A stretch of 64,000 bases of DNA from Candidatus Latescibacterota bacterium (lineage in GTDB: Bacteria > Latescibacterota > UBA2968 > GCA-2709665). Under the pieces are notes generated by a model that saw only the letters and a list, made by a program, of their open reading frames with translations, ran no database searches and had not been told where the DNA came from. A program made the translations under genes and the position numbers. Location of the stretch: positions 4,416,001 to 4,480,000 of the forward strand of contig OZ242180.1 of the NCBI GenBank assembly GCA_965205485.1. Reading direction: 5' to 3'. Below are positions 29,795-39,469 of this stretch, in pieces; positions within the stretch are counted from its first letter, which is position 1, and every line of letters begins with the position of its first letter.

Positions 29795-31000
29795 TCAAAT
29801 GACGCCTTCGCTGCGGAGTTGCTCGATCTCCGCCTTTGAATAGCCCAGAGTGTCTCGCAGAATCGGCACGTTGTGTTCTCCCAGCGAGGGTCCGCGCCGG
29901 GGTTCGACCGGCGGGCCGTCGACCTTTATCGGACTCGCCACGACCCTGGCAGCACCGAACTCCGGATGCGGCAGATCCAGAATCATGTCATGCTCCGCCA
30001 CGTGCGGGTCGGCGAAGGCCTGCGCAACGGTGTTCACCGGCGCACAGGGCACCTTGCCCTTGAGCAGCGCCAGCCAGTCGGCTGTCGTCTTCCCGCGGAA
30101 GCGGTCCTTGAGAATCGGAACCAGCTTGTCCCGGTTTTCCAGGCGATCCTCAAAGGAGCAAAACCGGGAGTCCTCCGCCAGTTCCGGCGCCCCGAGAACG
30201 CAAACGAGATTTCGGAAGAACTTCTCCTTCGCGCACATCACCACCAGCCAGCCGTCCTTTGTGGGCACCACCTGAGACGGGATCTGCGAAGGATGAGACG
30301 AATCGGGCATCCGACTCGCCTCATATCCTCCGGTCAGGTACCACGCCCCCACGTATCCCAAATGCGCGAGCGCCGTATCGAACAGATTTACGTCCACGTC
30401 GCACCCCAGACCCGTCTGCCTGGCGCGGAAGATCGCGCTGGCCATGCCCAGCGACGCCATCGCGCCGGCGCCGAGGTCCACAAGAGAAAGTCCTGTTTTC
30501 GTCGGCGGGCCGTCCGGTTCCCCGGTAAGGCTCATCCAGCCGGCATAGCCCTGCATCAGATAGTCGTAACCCGGCTCGTCCGCCCGAGACCCACTGCGGC
30601 CGAACGCGGAAAGCGAGCAGCACACGATCGAAGCCTTGACCTCGCTCAGCGAAGGATAGTCCAGGCCCAGCCGGGCGGGAAGGTCTCCCCGCAGGTTATT
30701 GAACACGCCATCCGAAAGCCTCACCAGACGATGTAATACCTCTCTTGCTTCCGGGTGCTGCAAATTCAGGGTTATACTCTTCTTGTTCCGGTTGAAACTC
30801 TGGAAATACAGGCTGTCCCGATCGCCGGTATACGGCGGCACGTAACGCGCCACGTCGCCGCGCGTACCGGGATTTTCGACCTTGATGATCTCCGCGCCCA
30901 GGTCCGCGAGCATCATCGTCCCCCACGGACCGGCGCCGAACTGCTCCACGGACACAATCCTTATCCCGGCCAACGGAGGGTGCTGATGTCTTTCCTGCAA
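29795..31000 (-). CDS. Family III CoA-transferase (CaiB/BaiF)
   Basis: AGPW, LADLGAEIIKVE, NRNKKSI, GYDYLMQ. Confidence 0.93.
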   Translation of the reverse strand: MQERHQHPPLAGIRIVSVEQFGAGPWGTMMLADLGAEIIKVENPGTRGDVARYVPPYTGDRDSLYFQSFNRNKKSITLNLQHPEAREVLHRLVRLSDGVFNNLRGDLPARLGLDYPSLSEVKASIVCCSLSAFGRSGSRADEPGYDYLMQGYAGWMSLTGEPDGPPTKTGLSLVDLGAGAMASLGMASAIFRARQTGLGCDVDVNLFDTALAHLGYVGAWYLTGGYEASRMPDSSHPSQIPSQVVPTKDGWLVVMCAKEKFFRNLVCVLGAPELAEDSRFCSFEDRLENRDKLVPILKDRFRGKTTADWLALLKGKVPCAPVNTVAQAFADPHVAEHDMILDLPHPEFGAARVVASPIKVDGPPVEPRRGPSLGEHNVPILRDTLGYSKAEIEQLRSEGVI

Positions 31001-31028
31001 GTGATCCTCTGGTCCCAGGAAATGACCT

Positions 31029-31064
31029 GAAAAATAAGAAAAAAGCGAAAAATACGAAAAAACC
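31029..31064. repeat. 9-mer tandem repeat GAAAAAWNN x4
   Basis: gaaaaataa gaaaaaagc gaaaaatac gaaaaaacc. Confidence 0.6.
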
Positions 31065-31072
31065 GGTCCGGC

Positions 31073-31933
31073 TTACACGCGTTCTTCCCCGTGGCGGTCC
31101 AGAATCCTCCGAGCCTGTTCCAGCACCGGTCTGTCGATCATCCGGCCGTCCACGGCTTCGGCGCCGCCGTCCGAATCGTCTTGGACGGCCGCGACGATCC
31201 TCCTCGCCCGCGCGACCTCGTCCCCTGTGGGGCTGAAGATTTCATTCACGGCGCCGACCTGGTCCGGGTGAATGACGGCCTTGCCGGCAAACCCGAGGTC
31301 CCTGGCCCGCCGCGCTTCCACGGCCAGTGCGTCAGAATCGCGGATATCGGTAAATACCTTGTCTATGGCACGGATCCCTCCGCTGGCGGCGGCGACCGCC
31401 AGCGCCGAACGGGCATAGTCGAACAAGCCCTGGCCGTGCTGCGAAAACAGGCCCATATCCAGCGCGAAATCCTCCGCGCCGAACATAAGCCCCGCCAGCC
31501 TGGGCGTGGCGGATGCAATCGCGGGAGCCTGGACCAGGCCGCCGGCGTTCTCGATGGTCGCCACAAGCCTGACGCTGCCGGATGGCAATGCCGCCCTCGT
31601 CTCGTGTTCGTCCAGCCATCCGTGCATTTCAAGCACATCCTTCGGACCCCGTACCTTCGGAAGCACGAATCCCTGAAGGCGCGCCTCGGCCAGCGCCCGC
31701 AGGTCGGCGTGCAGATCCGGGGAACCTGCCGCGTGAACTCTCACGAACGGGGTCACGCCGGCAGGCGCGCCGCCCAGCGCGGCAGCCACCCTCCGCCGCG
31801 CGTCATCCTTATCGGCGCTCGGAACGCCGTCTTCCAGATCGAAGATCACAATATCCGACGTCAGACCGAATGCCTTATCGATCATCCGCTGCCGGTGGCC
31901 CGGCACGAACAGCCAGGACCGCATCGACTTCAC
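31073..31933 (-). CDS. CitE-like CoA-ester lyase (HpcH/HpaI aldolase family)
   Basis: RSWLFVPG, DLEDGV, LPKV, GAEDF, GKAVIHPDQ, VDGRMID. Confidence 0.92.
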   Translation of the reverse strand: MKSMRSWLFVPGHRQRMIDKAFGLTSDIVIFDLEDGVPSADKDDARRRVAAALGGAPAGVTPFVRVHAAGSPDLHADLRALAEARLQGFVLPKVRGPKDVLEMHGWLDEHETRAALPSGSVRLVATIENAGGLVQAPAIASATPRLAGLMFGAEDFALDMGLFSQHGQGLFDYARSALAVAAASGGIRAIDKVFTDIRDSDALAVEARRARDLGFAGKAVIHPDQVGAVNEIFSPTGDEVARARRIVAAVQDDSDGGAEAVDGRMIDRPVLEQARRILDRHGEERV

Positions 31934-32460
31934 CCGTCCTTCTCCTCGCGAATCTCGGGAAAGGGTTCTCCCGACGGCGCGTGCGCCTTTTTGTAGATCA
32001 TCACACTGCGAGTCAGGTCGATGACGACGCGCCCGTCCTGATTCACGCCGCGTGTGCGCACCGTCACGATGCCCGCTTCCGGGTGCGACTTCGACTCGCG
32101 CCTGGCGAGGACCTCCGTTTCACAGTAGAGCGTATCGCCCACATATACCGGATTGGGGAGCCGGACTTCGCTCCAGCCAAGATTCGCCATCGCCTTCTCG
32201 CTCACGTCAGGCACACTCATGCCAACGACGAGTGCGAGCGTAAACGTACTGTTCACCAGGATCTTTCCCCAACGCGTGCCCCGGGCATACACCTCGTCAA
32301 AGTGAAGCGGATTGGTATTCAGGGTCAGGTGCGTGAACAACTGGTTGTCGGCCTCCGTCACCGTTCTCCCGAACCGGCTCCGATAGACGTCGCCCACGGC
32401 GAAATCCTCATAGCACCGCCCGACCCAGCCCGGTATCACCTTTTTTTCCCCGTTCCCCAT
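31930..32460 (-). CDS. MaoC-family dehydratase
   Basis: GRTVTEADN, NTNPLHFD, ANLGW, PVYVGDTL. Confidence 0.92.
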   Translation of the reverse strand: MGNGEKKVIPGWVGRCYEDFAVGDVYRSRFGRTVTEADNQLFTHLTLNTNPLHFDEVYARGTRWGKILVNSTFTLALVVGMSVPDVSEKAMANLGWSEVRLPNPVYVGDTLYCETEVLARRESKSHPEAGIVTVRTRGVNQDGRVVIDLTRSVMIYKKAHAPSGEPFPEIREEKDG

Positions 32461-32542
32461 ACCGTACCCCGGTCCACCTTCACCCGACTGTTAAAAGTTC
32501 GCGTTTCCGCGCCAACGCGGCGTATCCGAATCCCCTTTTTGG

Positions 32543-32571
32543 TTGACATCCCGGCTATGATCGTCCATAAT
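32543..32571 (+). promoter_or_regulatory. Sigma70-type promoter of MFS gene
   Basis: TTGACA-N17-CATAAT. Confidence 0.65.
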
Positions 32572-32635
32572 ATGATTTCGCCGCATTTTGTTGTCCAGCG
32601 CTTTCGAACGCGAATCGCCATAACCCGGTTCAACA

Positions 32636-33862
32636 ATGTCCGAACCATCCTCCGCAGGCTTCCAGGAGTTGCTGAACCGCCGGTTCGTCGCCCTTCTCGC
32701 CGTTTCCTTTCTTGCCAGTTTCGTCTCCTCGCCCCTCTACTCCTCGCTCCTTCCCGTGTACGTGGAAGCCGGCCTTGCCCGGTCGCCTCTCTTTTCGGCC
32801 GGTCTGCGCGGACTTTTCTTCACGCTGGGTGGGCTCTGTTCCATTCCCGCCGGCATGCTGTGCGATGCCTTTGGCATCAAACGGGTGTTCATCCTTGGCC
32901 AGTTCGGTCCGCTGCTGGCGGGCGCGATCTTTCTCACGGGCGACCCGTATCTCCTGTCGGCACTCTGTATCGGCCTGGGCATGACGTTCGGTTTCAGCAG
33001 TACGGGCGGACAGAGCTATCTTCTGGGTTCGGTCGCCCCCCGCGTGCTGGGCATGGCCTCGGGCGGATATTTCCTGAGCAGCACACTCGGGAGCGCCGCG
33101 GGCAATCTGCTGGCCGGTCCCATTGCCGACAACCTGGGATACGAGCGGCTGGGGCATCTTGCCTGCGCAACCGCCGCGGGGATCGTGTTTTTGTCGCTTG
33201 TCCTGTTGCCCAGCCTTCCACGTCCCGCTAACAACGAAAGATCGGCCGCACGCTCTCTGGCGGGCTTTATCGACCTCTGCCGGCGGCGGGAAGTACGCCT
33301 GCTGCTCGCCATCCGGTACCTGCCCACGAGCTACTGGGGCGCCGTGACCCTGCTCATACCTCTGCTCATCTTCCGCGTCTCCGGAACCAACACGTCCGTC
33401 ACCACGTACAGCGCCATCAGCCTTGTCGCCGCATGCGGCTCGCAATTGCTCACCGGCCGGCTCGTCGATCGCATCGGCCGCTGGAAGCCCGTCGTCATCT
33501 CATCCTCGCTTGTGGCCGTCAGCGCGGTGGGTCTGACGTTTACGGCGCATACGCTGGCGGGACTGTACATCTTCGGGATCGTGGCGTCGGTTTTCGCCTG
33601 GTCCCTCTCCACCACCATGCCCGGTATACTCCAACTGACCGCCCGTGAAGGCGAAGAGGGCCGCGTGGTCGGCAGCGCGCACGTCGCCTGGAGCGCCGGC
33701 ATGCTCTCGGGAAGCCTGGGCGGCGGCAAACTCATCGACTGGGGCACGTCCCTGCCCTTCGCTATCGGCACGGTCTTCGCCCTGGGGGCGGTTGCCTGCG
33801 GCATAGGCCTCTACTACGCTCACAGGGCGTCGGATCCCGGTCCCGGACGCCTTCCGGCATAA
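32636..33862 (+). CDS. MFS transporter
   Basis: About 12 TM; GMLCDAFGIK and GRLVDRIGRW motif A. Confidence 0.9.
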   Translation: MSEPSSAGFQELLNRRFVALLAVSFLASFVSSPLYSSLLPVYVEAGLARSPLFSAGLRGLFFTLGGLCSIPAGMLCDAFGIKRVFILGQFGPLLAGAIFLTGDPYLLSALCIGLGMTFGFSSTGGQSYLLGSVAPRVLGMASGGYFLSSTLGSAAGNLLAGPIADNLGYERLGHLACATAAGIVFLSLVLLPSLPRPANNERSAARSLAGFIDLCRRREVRLLLAIRYLPTSYWGAVTLLIPLLIFRVSGTNTSVTTYSAISLVAACGSQLLTGRLVDRIGRWKPVVISSSLVAVSAVGLTFTAHTLAGLYIFGIVASVFAWSLSTTMPGILQLTAREGEEGRVVGSAHVAWSAGMLSGSLGGGKLIDWGTSLPFAIGTVFALGAVACGIGLYYAHRASDPGPGRLPA

Positions 33863-34008
33863 ATCCGCCCTGAACGTCGACGTCCGGTTCGGCGCGCAGG
33901 ATGCGCTTGCGCACCGGTCCCAGATCCGTATATTCGTCCGCATCCCGCCTCCGCCGTCAGAAGGGGCCTCGATTCCGCAATACTGATATCAGTTAACAGG
34001 GGTATTCA

Positions 34009-35181
34009 ATGGATGACATTCGCATCGGCCTCGTCGGCCTCGGACACAGGGGCCTGCACTGGCTCCGTATGCTGCAACGCCTCCGCGGCTACCGGATCAC
34101 GGCCGTTTGCGACCCCATCGCCGCACTGCACGAACGCGCGCTCGCCGCGCTCGATCATCCGGCCACAGCGTATGCGGAGTACGAGGACCTCCTGGCCGAC
34201 CGCAGCGTGGACGCCGTCGCCCTCTGCGTCCGCTGCAGGGAACAGGGCGCGCTGGCGGCGATGGCCCTGGAAGCCGGCAAACACGTGAACTCCGAAGTGC
34301 CCGCGGCCCACACCCTGGAAGACTGCTGGCGGATCGTCACCCAGGTTGAACGCACGGGCCTGGTCTACCATCTGGCCGAGCAGACGAGGTACTGGGGTTT
34401 CGTGGACACCTGGCGGGACCTCGTGGCGCAGGGACGGCTGGGCAGGGTCACCTTCTGCGAAGGCCAGTATATCGGTTACTACGGCACGCGCCAGTTCTTT
34501 CAGGATCCGCACACGGGAGCGTTCCATACGATCGAGCAACTGGGGGAACATTCCGGGGCCAGACCGACGTGGCTGCACGAAATGCCGCCCATCCACTACC
34601 TGCCTCACGAACTCAGTCCCATGCTTCGGGTGCTGAACGACCGGGTGGTGGAAGTGACGGCCATGAGCACATCCGGGCCCAGTTATTCCCATCCCGAAAT
34701 CGACCAGCCCGACATCCAGGTGGCGCTCATGAAAACCGAAAAGGATGCGATTCTGCGGATGGCCGCCGGATTCACACAGAAAATCCCGAGCAGCCGGGGT
34801 CACCATTGGTACCAGGTGCTCGGCACGAGGGGCAGCGTTGAATGGAAGCGTTCTCAGAGAGGGCGACCGCTCATGTGGCTGGCCGACGATCAGATGCACG
34901 ACATGGCCGAGGTCGACTGGCGTTTCGAGCGAACCGACGCGCCGCCCGAAGCGCGAGCGAGCGGCCACGGCGACGCCGACTATTACGTGCACGCCGCGTT
35001 TCGCGACGCCGTCCGCGATGGGAAGGCCCTGGAGTTCGACGTCTACCGGGCAATCGAGACAGCCGCGCCGGCCATTCTCGCGGCAGACTCCATCGATCGC
35101 GGCTCCAGGCCGTTGAACGTGCCCGAATTTCGTCCCACAGACGCCAGGCCCGATGGCGATTTGCCCCGGGAGGCCGGCTGA
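34009..35181 (+). CDS. Gfo/Idh/MocA oxidoreductase
   Basis: IGLVGLGHRG, GKHVNSEVP, GHGDAD. Confidence 0.9.
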   Translation: MDDIRIGLVGLGHRGLHWLRMLQRLRGYRITAVCDPIAALHERALAALDHPATAYAEYEDLLADRSVDAVALCVRCREQGALAAMALEAGKHVNSEVPAAHTLEDCWRIVTQVERTGLVYHLAEQTRYWGFVDTWRDLVAQGRLGRVTFCEGQYIGYYGTRQFFQDPHTGAFHTIEQLGEHSGARPTWLHEMPPIHYLPHELSPMLRVLNDRVVEVTAMSTSGPSYSHPEIDQPDIQVALMKTEKDAILRMAAGFTQKIPSSRGHHWYQVLGTRGSVEWKRSQRGRPLMWLADDQMHDMAEVDWRFERTDAPPEARASGHGDADYYVHAAFRDAVRDGKALEFDVYRAIETAAPAILAADSIDRGSRPLNVPEFRPTDARPDGDLPREAG

Positions 35182-36893
35182 TGCAGATCGGCATTGTGAC
35201 AGACCGTTCCAAGCTATCGGCGTACATCGCCGAGATCCTCAAGACATGGGGTCTGCCGCTCTACGCGCCGGTCTCAGGTGACATGGTGCCCGGTCTGGAT
35301 CCCGCCGATTTCCCGGTGCTTGTTTGTCCGGCCTATCACGATGAAGCCACGCTGCCCGACTACGCCCGCCGGGGAGGCACGGTTCTCTGCTTCCTACCGG
35401 GAAGGGCGCTTGCGCGGGCGGCCGGGCTGAAGGTGCGGGGCACGAAAGAGCCACCGCTGCGCCTGCGCAACGTCGCGTATCCCACCGGCGGCCTGGCAGG
35501 CGAATTCGTTCCGGTTGTGGGGTCCGTTCACACGTGGGAACTCTCGGAAGCCGCGAAACCGCTGGCCTATCTGTCTCACCCGGGGCGCTATCGCGGCGAA
35601 ACCGCGGGCATTGCGGAGACCCGTGTCGGCGGGGGGCGAATCGTCGCCTTCGCCTTTGACCTGCCCCGCTGCGTTCTCTTGCTGCGGCAGGGCGATCCAG
35701 ACCTTGCCGAAAGCATTCCCGACGGAGACGGCTGCGCACGGCCTACCCACATGGCGGCCCGCGTGGGTCCCTACGATGCCGGATGGATCCCCCATGCAGA
35801 CCTGCTTTCGCGGCTGTTCACAGACCTCGCCCGCAGGTACCTGCCTGCGCCGGTTCCCGTCCTGTCCCATCTTCCCCGGACCGCGCCGGGCATCCTGCTC
35901 TACTCCGGCGACGAGGACTACGCCGACGTGGCGTCGAACGAGGACGAGTTCGACGGTGTCGCCGACGCGGACGGGCGCATGAGCCTGTATATCATCCCCA
36001 ACCACACGAAGTCCACGCCCGACGACGTGGCAAGATACGCGAGACGCCACGACGTCGGACCGCATCCGAACCTTCGTCCGCTGGACGGACGTCCCGTACC
36101 GGAACGCGTTGCCGAGTTCGAGCGCCAGGTCCGCCTGTTCGAGGAGACGTTCCGGATTCCCGCACGCACCTTACGCAATCACTGCACGGCATGGGCGGGC
36201 TATCTGGACCTCGTGGACGTCATGGAAAAACTGGGCGTGCAGATGGACGGCAACTATTTTTCCGGGACCTATATGAGAGACAGAGAGAACGCGCCCTACG
36301 CCTCCTTCGGTGCGGCGCTTCCCATGCGCTTCTGCCACCCGGACGGGCGCCTCGTCAACGTCTATCAGCAGCACACCCACCTCATCGACGACGGCATGTT
36401 CGGCCCGCAGGATTATTCTTACAAGCTGTCGCCGGCCGTATTCTCGGTGATGCTCGAGCGCATTTTCACCGATATCACGACCCGTTTCCACACACCCTAC
36501 GGCGTGTGCATCCATCCGGGAAACTGGGTGCGGTTTTCGGAGGAACAGGGCCGGGAACTGTTACGCCTGGCAAACGAAAAAGGCCTGCCAATCTGGTCCT
36601 TCGACCAGTGGGCGGCCTTCTGGAGCGCACGCGATACGTGGCGCCTCGCCGACCTGCAATGGAACGGTTCGAAACTCGGTTTCAACCTGCAGGGGGGTTC
36701 GCCTCACCCCGATCTTCGCATCCAGATCCCGCTTCAGTTCGCCGGCGCGTCGGTCGGCGAAATCCGTGTGGACGGGAACGCGGTGCGTCCTGACTCGAAC
36801 GTCCGGTACCGCGAACCCGTCGGCTTCGTGTCCATTCCCGAAGGTCGATCCAACGTTTCGATCGAGGCCGTCTACCACCCGAATCCCAATTGA
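35181..36893 (+). CDS. Hypothetical protein with probable polysaccharide-deacetylase-like barrel domain
   Basis: TGATG coupling to upstream gene; SGDED, VGPHP, RNHC and CIHP motifs. Confidence 0.55.
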   Translation: MQIGIVTDRSKLSAYIAEILKTWGLPLYAPVSGDMVPGLDPADFPVLVCPAYHDEATLPDYARRGGTVLCFLPGRALARAAGLKVRGTKEPPLRLRNVAYPTGGLAGEFVPVVGSVHTWELSEAAKPLAYLSHPGRYRGETAGIAETRVGGGRIVAFAFDLPRCVLLLRQGDPDLAESIPDGDGCARPTHMAARVGPYDAGWIPHADLLSRLFTDLARRYLPAPVPVLSHLPRTAPGILLYSGDEDYADVASNEDEFDGVADADGRMSLYIIPNHTKSTPDDVARYARRHDVGPHPNLRPLDGRPVPERVAEFERQVRLFEETFRIPARTLRNHCTAWAGYLDLVDVMEKLGVQMDGNYFSGTYMRDRENAPYASFGAALPMRFCHPDGRLVNVYQQHTHLIDDGMFGPQDYSYKLSPAVFSVMLERIFTDITTRFHTPYGVCIHPGNWVRFSEEQGRELLRLANEKGLPIWSFDQWAAFWSARDTWRLADLQWNGSKLGFNLQGGSPHPDLRIQIPLQFAGASVGEIRVDGNAVRPDSNVRYREPVGFVSIPEGRSNVSIEAVYHPNPN

Positions 36894-36900
36894 GCCCACC

Positions 36901-37716
36901 GTGACGAACCGACCTCTCAGAATCATCGTTTTCGGGGCCCATCCGGACGACTGCGACATTAAAGCCGGCGGCCTTGCAATCAACTACGCGGCTCTGGGTG
37001 ACGAGGTCCGATTCGTCTCCATGACGAACGGAGACGCGGGCCACCACGAAACGGGGGGCATTGCGCTCGCTCGCAGGCGCCGGGCGGAGGCCGAAGCCGC
37101 CGGAGCCGTGGCGGGCATCGAATACCTCGTAACGGACATCCACGACGGAGAGCTGGAGCCCACGCTGGAGAACCGCAAGCACGTCATCCGCATGATCCGT
37201 TCCTACACGCCGGACCTCATTCTCACCCATCGGCCCAATGACTATCATCCGGACCATCGGTACACGGGCATCCTCGTCCAGGACGCCGCGTATATGGTCA
37301 CCGTCCCGAACGTCTGTACGGACGTTCCCGCGCTGGCGTACAATCCGGTTATCGCCTACATGAGCGACAGCTTCAGGGTTCCCGCGCCGTTTACGCCCGA
37401 GGTCGCAATCGACATCGACGCGGTCGTCGAAAAAAAGCTCGATATGCTGCACTGTCACACCTCGCAGATGTACGAATGGTTGCCCTTCAACGCCGGAAGG
37501 CTCGACGAAGTGCCGAAGTCCCCCCGTCAGCGCAGGAAATGGCTGGAACACCGCCTGGGACAATTCAGGGCGGTTGCCGATCGCCATCGGGACATTCTCG
37601 TGGAGCGTTACGGCGAAAGCCGCGGACGCGCCATACAATATGCCGAGGCCTTCCAGGTCTGCGAATACGGCGGCGCCCTCCCGCCCGAAGACATTCCCGT
37701 CCTGTTCCCCTTTTGA
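36901..37716 (+). CDS. PIG-L family deacetylase
   Basis: GAHPDD, HPDHR, HTSQ. Confidence 0.92.
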   Translation: MTNRPLRIIVFGAHPDDCDIKAGGLAINYAALGDEVRFVSMTNGDAGHHETGGIALARRRRAEAEAAGAVAGIEYLVTDIHDGELEPTLENRKHVIRMIRSYTPDLILTHRPNDYHPDHRYTGILVQDAAYMVTVPNVCTDVPALAYNPVIAYMSDSFRVPAPFTPEVAIDIDAVVEKKLDMLHCHTSQMYEWLPFNAGRLDEVPKSPRQRRKWLEHRLGQFRAVADRHRDILVERYGESRGRAIQYAEAFQVCEYGGALPPEDIPVLFPF

Positions 37717-37743
37717 CCAGGTGGGGCGGACATCGCCGGGTCG

Positions 37744-39459
37744 CTAAAAGTCGTTCACCATTCGTACATGCACCTTTCCGCGACCCGGACTGTCGGTTCT
37801 CGCGAGGCCGTAATCGAGACCGATGGTCCCGACCCGGGATACGGTTCGAATCCCAAATCCGAATCCAATAGGGAAGAGCAACCCCTGCTCTTCGCCGCCC
37901 GAGGCGTCCCCCAGAACACCGGAATCGACAAAGAGAAACGCCCTTGACCGGCGCGCCAGAATAACCCGCCACTCCAGATTCATCCAGAACGCCCGATTCA
38001 CCAGAAACGCCTCCTCGCGATAGCCCCGTATAGTCGTGGCTCCTCCCAATCGCAACGGCCCGTCCGGAAGCCCGACCCCGGTTTCGGCCACACCCGCGGC
38101 GTGCAGTGAGGCAGCCAATGCGGTCCGCCGTCCCAGCGGAAGAATTCGATGCAGGTCCGCGGTTGCGCGCAACCTCCGGCCGGCCCCGCCGGTCTGCGTC
38201 ACGCGGCTCCACACCAGACCCGCGCGATAAAGCGAACCCGACGTGGGATTCCATCGATCGTTCCGCCGGTCCAGCTCAAACGCACCGTCCAGAGACGTTA
38301 TACGACCCTTCGCAAACCCGTTCGCCCCGCTCGAATCCGGCCGGACACCGCCCCTGGAAGCACCCAGCCGGACCTCGGCGCCACGGGCAGTGGACAGAAT
38401 GACGCCGAGGCTCATGCGGTTTTCGGCGAATCCGGGCCGCTGCCGCATCAGGAGCCCCATGTCCAGGCCCAAAGGCCGCCTCAGGATCCAGGGTTCATGG
38501 TATCGCAGGTCCAGATCGGACGCCCCGTTCCCGCTGCGCGACCAGGAGGCGTCCGCCCGCCTCCCGGTTCCGAGCAGATTCACGAACGCGGTCGCGAACG
38601 ATCCGGTAAGACCCTGGACGCCATCGCGCGATGCGGGCACAACGCCCACGACGCCTTCGGCCCTGCCTGCCGGGGCCTCGTGGACGGAAACGACCAGCGC
38701 CGTACGTCCGTCGGGTTCGGTCACCAACAACGGGTCATCCACGTCCAGCAGAAACGGAAGACGTCTGAGCGCACGAAGCGCCCGGTCGACCCGTCGCTGG
38801 TCGTAGGGGCCGCCCCGCGCCATCCGCATTTCCCGGAGAAGCGTTTCGACACGGGTGATCCGGTTGCCCGTGAAGCGGATCGTATCCACCCGCACAAAGG
38901 GACCTTCGTCCACCGCTATCCAGACCTGTGCAGATCGGCTGCCGGTCAATAAGCGCACCTCGGGCGCCAGCGAACAATAGGGGAACCCGCGGTTCTCGTA
39001 GAACCTGAGGAGCGCTTCGATATCGATCTCCAGGGATTCCCTGATTAACGGCGACCCGCCGCGCGAAAACATCTCGTTCTTCAGCGAGTCCGTGGAAGCA
39101 TATCCATTTCCTGTAATCCGGATCGTGTCGATGAGGGTCCGTCGGCCTTCTTCGATCCGAAATCGCACCCGCCCCCGGTTCGGCTCCACCTCCGGAAACG
39201 CAACGGAGACCTGCCAGTAGCCCTCACTCACATAGCCTTCCAGTATTCGCGCCATATCCTGCTCAAGCAGCAGGCTGTCCAGAGGCATGCCGGCCCGCGT
39301 CATCAGCCAGCCCCGAACGCGGTCCTCGGAAATCCGGTGCGCCCCGTCGACCCGCACCTGCCGTACGAGCACGCGATCTGCCGCAAACACGTCTCCCGAT
39401 ACGCCCACTACGAACGATATGACGAGGCCGCAGGGCCATATACGTAACTGTCTTAACAC
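37744..39459 (-). CDS. Omp85 (BamA/TamA-like) outer-membrane protein with POTRA domains
   Basis: POTRA-like repeats (YENRGF, FTGNRIT), IRGY loop, terminal Phe. Confidence 0.85.
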   Translation of the reverse strand: MLRQLRIWPCGLVISFVVGVSGDVFAADRVLVRQVRVDGAHRISEDRVRGWLMTRAGMPLDSLLLEQDMARILEGYVSEGYWQVSVAFPEVEPNRGRVRFRIEEGRRTLIDTIRITGNGYASTDSLKNEMFSRGGSPLIRESLEIDIEALLRFYENRGFPYCSLAPEVRLLTGSRSAQVWIAVDEGPFVRVDTIRFTGNRITRVETLLREMRMARGGPYDQRRVDRALRALRRLPFLLDVDDPLLVTEPDGRTALVVSVHEAPAGRAEGVVGVVPASRDGVQGLTGSFATAFVNLLGTGRRADASWSRSGNGASDLDLRYHEPWILRRPLGLDMGLLMRQRPGFAENRMSLGVILSTARGAEVRLGASRGGVRPDSSGANGFAKGRITSLDGAFELDRRNDRWNPTSGSLYRAGLVWSRVTQTGGAGRRLRATADLHRILPLGRRTALAASLHAAGVAETGVGLPDGPLRLGGATTIRGYREEAFLVNRAFWMNLEWRVILARRSRAFLFVDSGVLGDASGGEEQGLLFPIGFGFGIRTVSRVGTIGLDYGLARTDSPGRGKVHVRMVNDF

Positions 39460-39469
39460 GGCGTACCTT

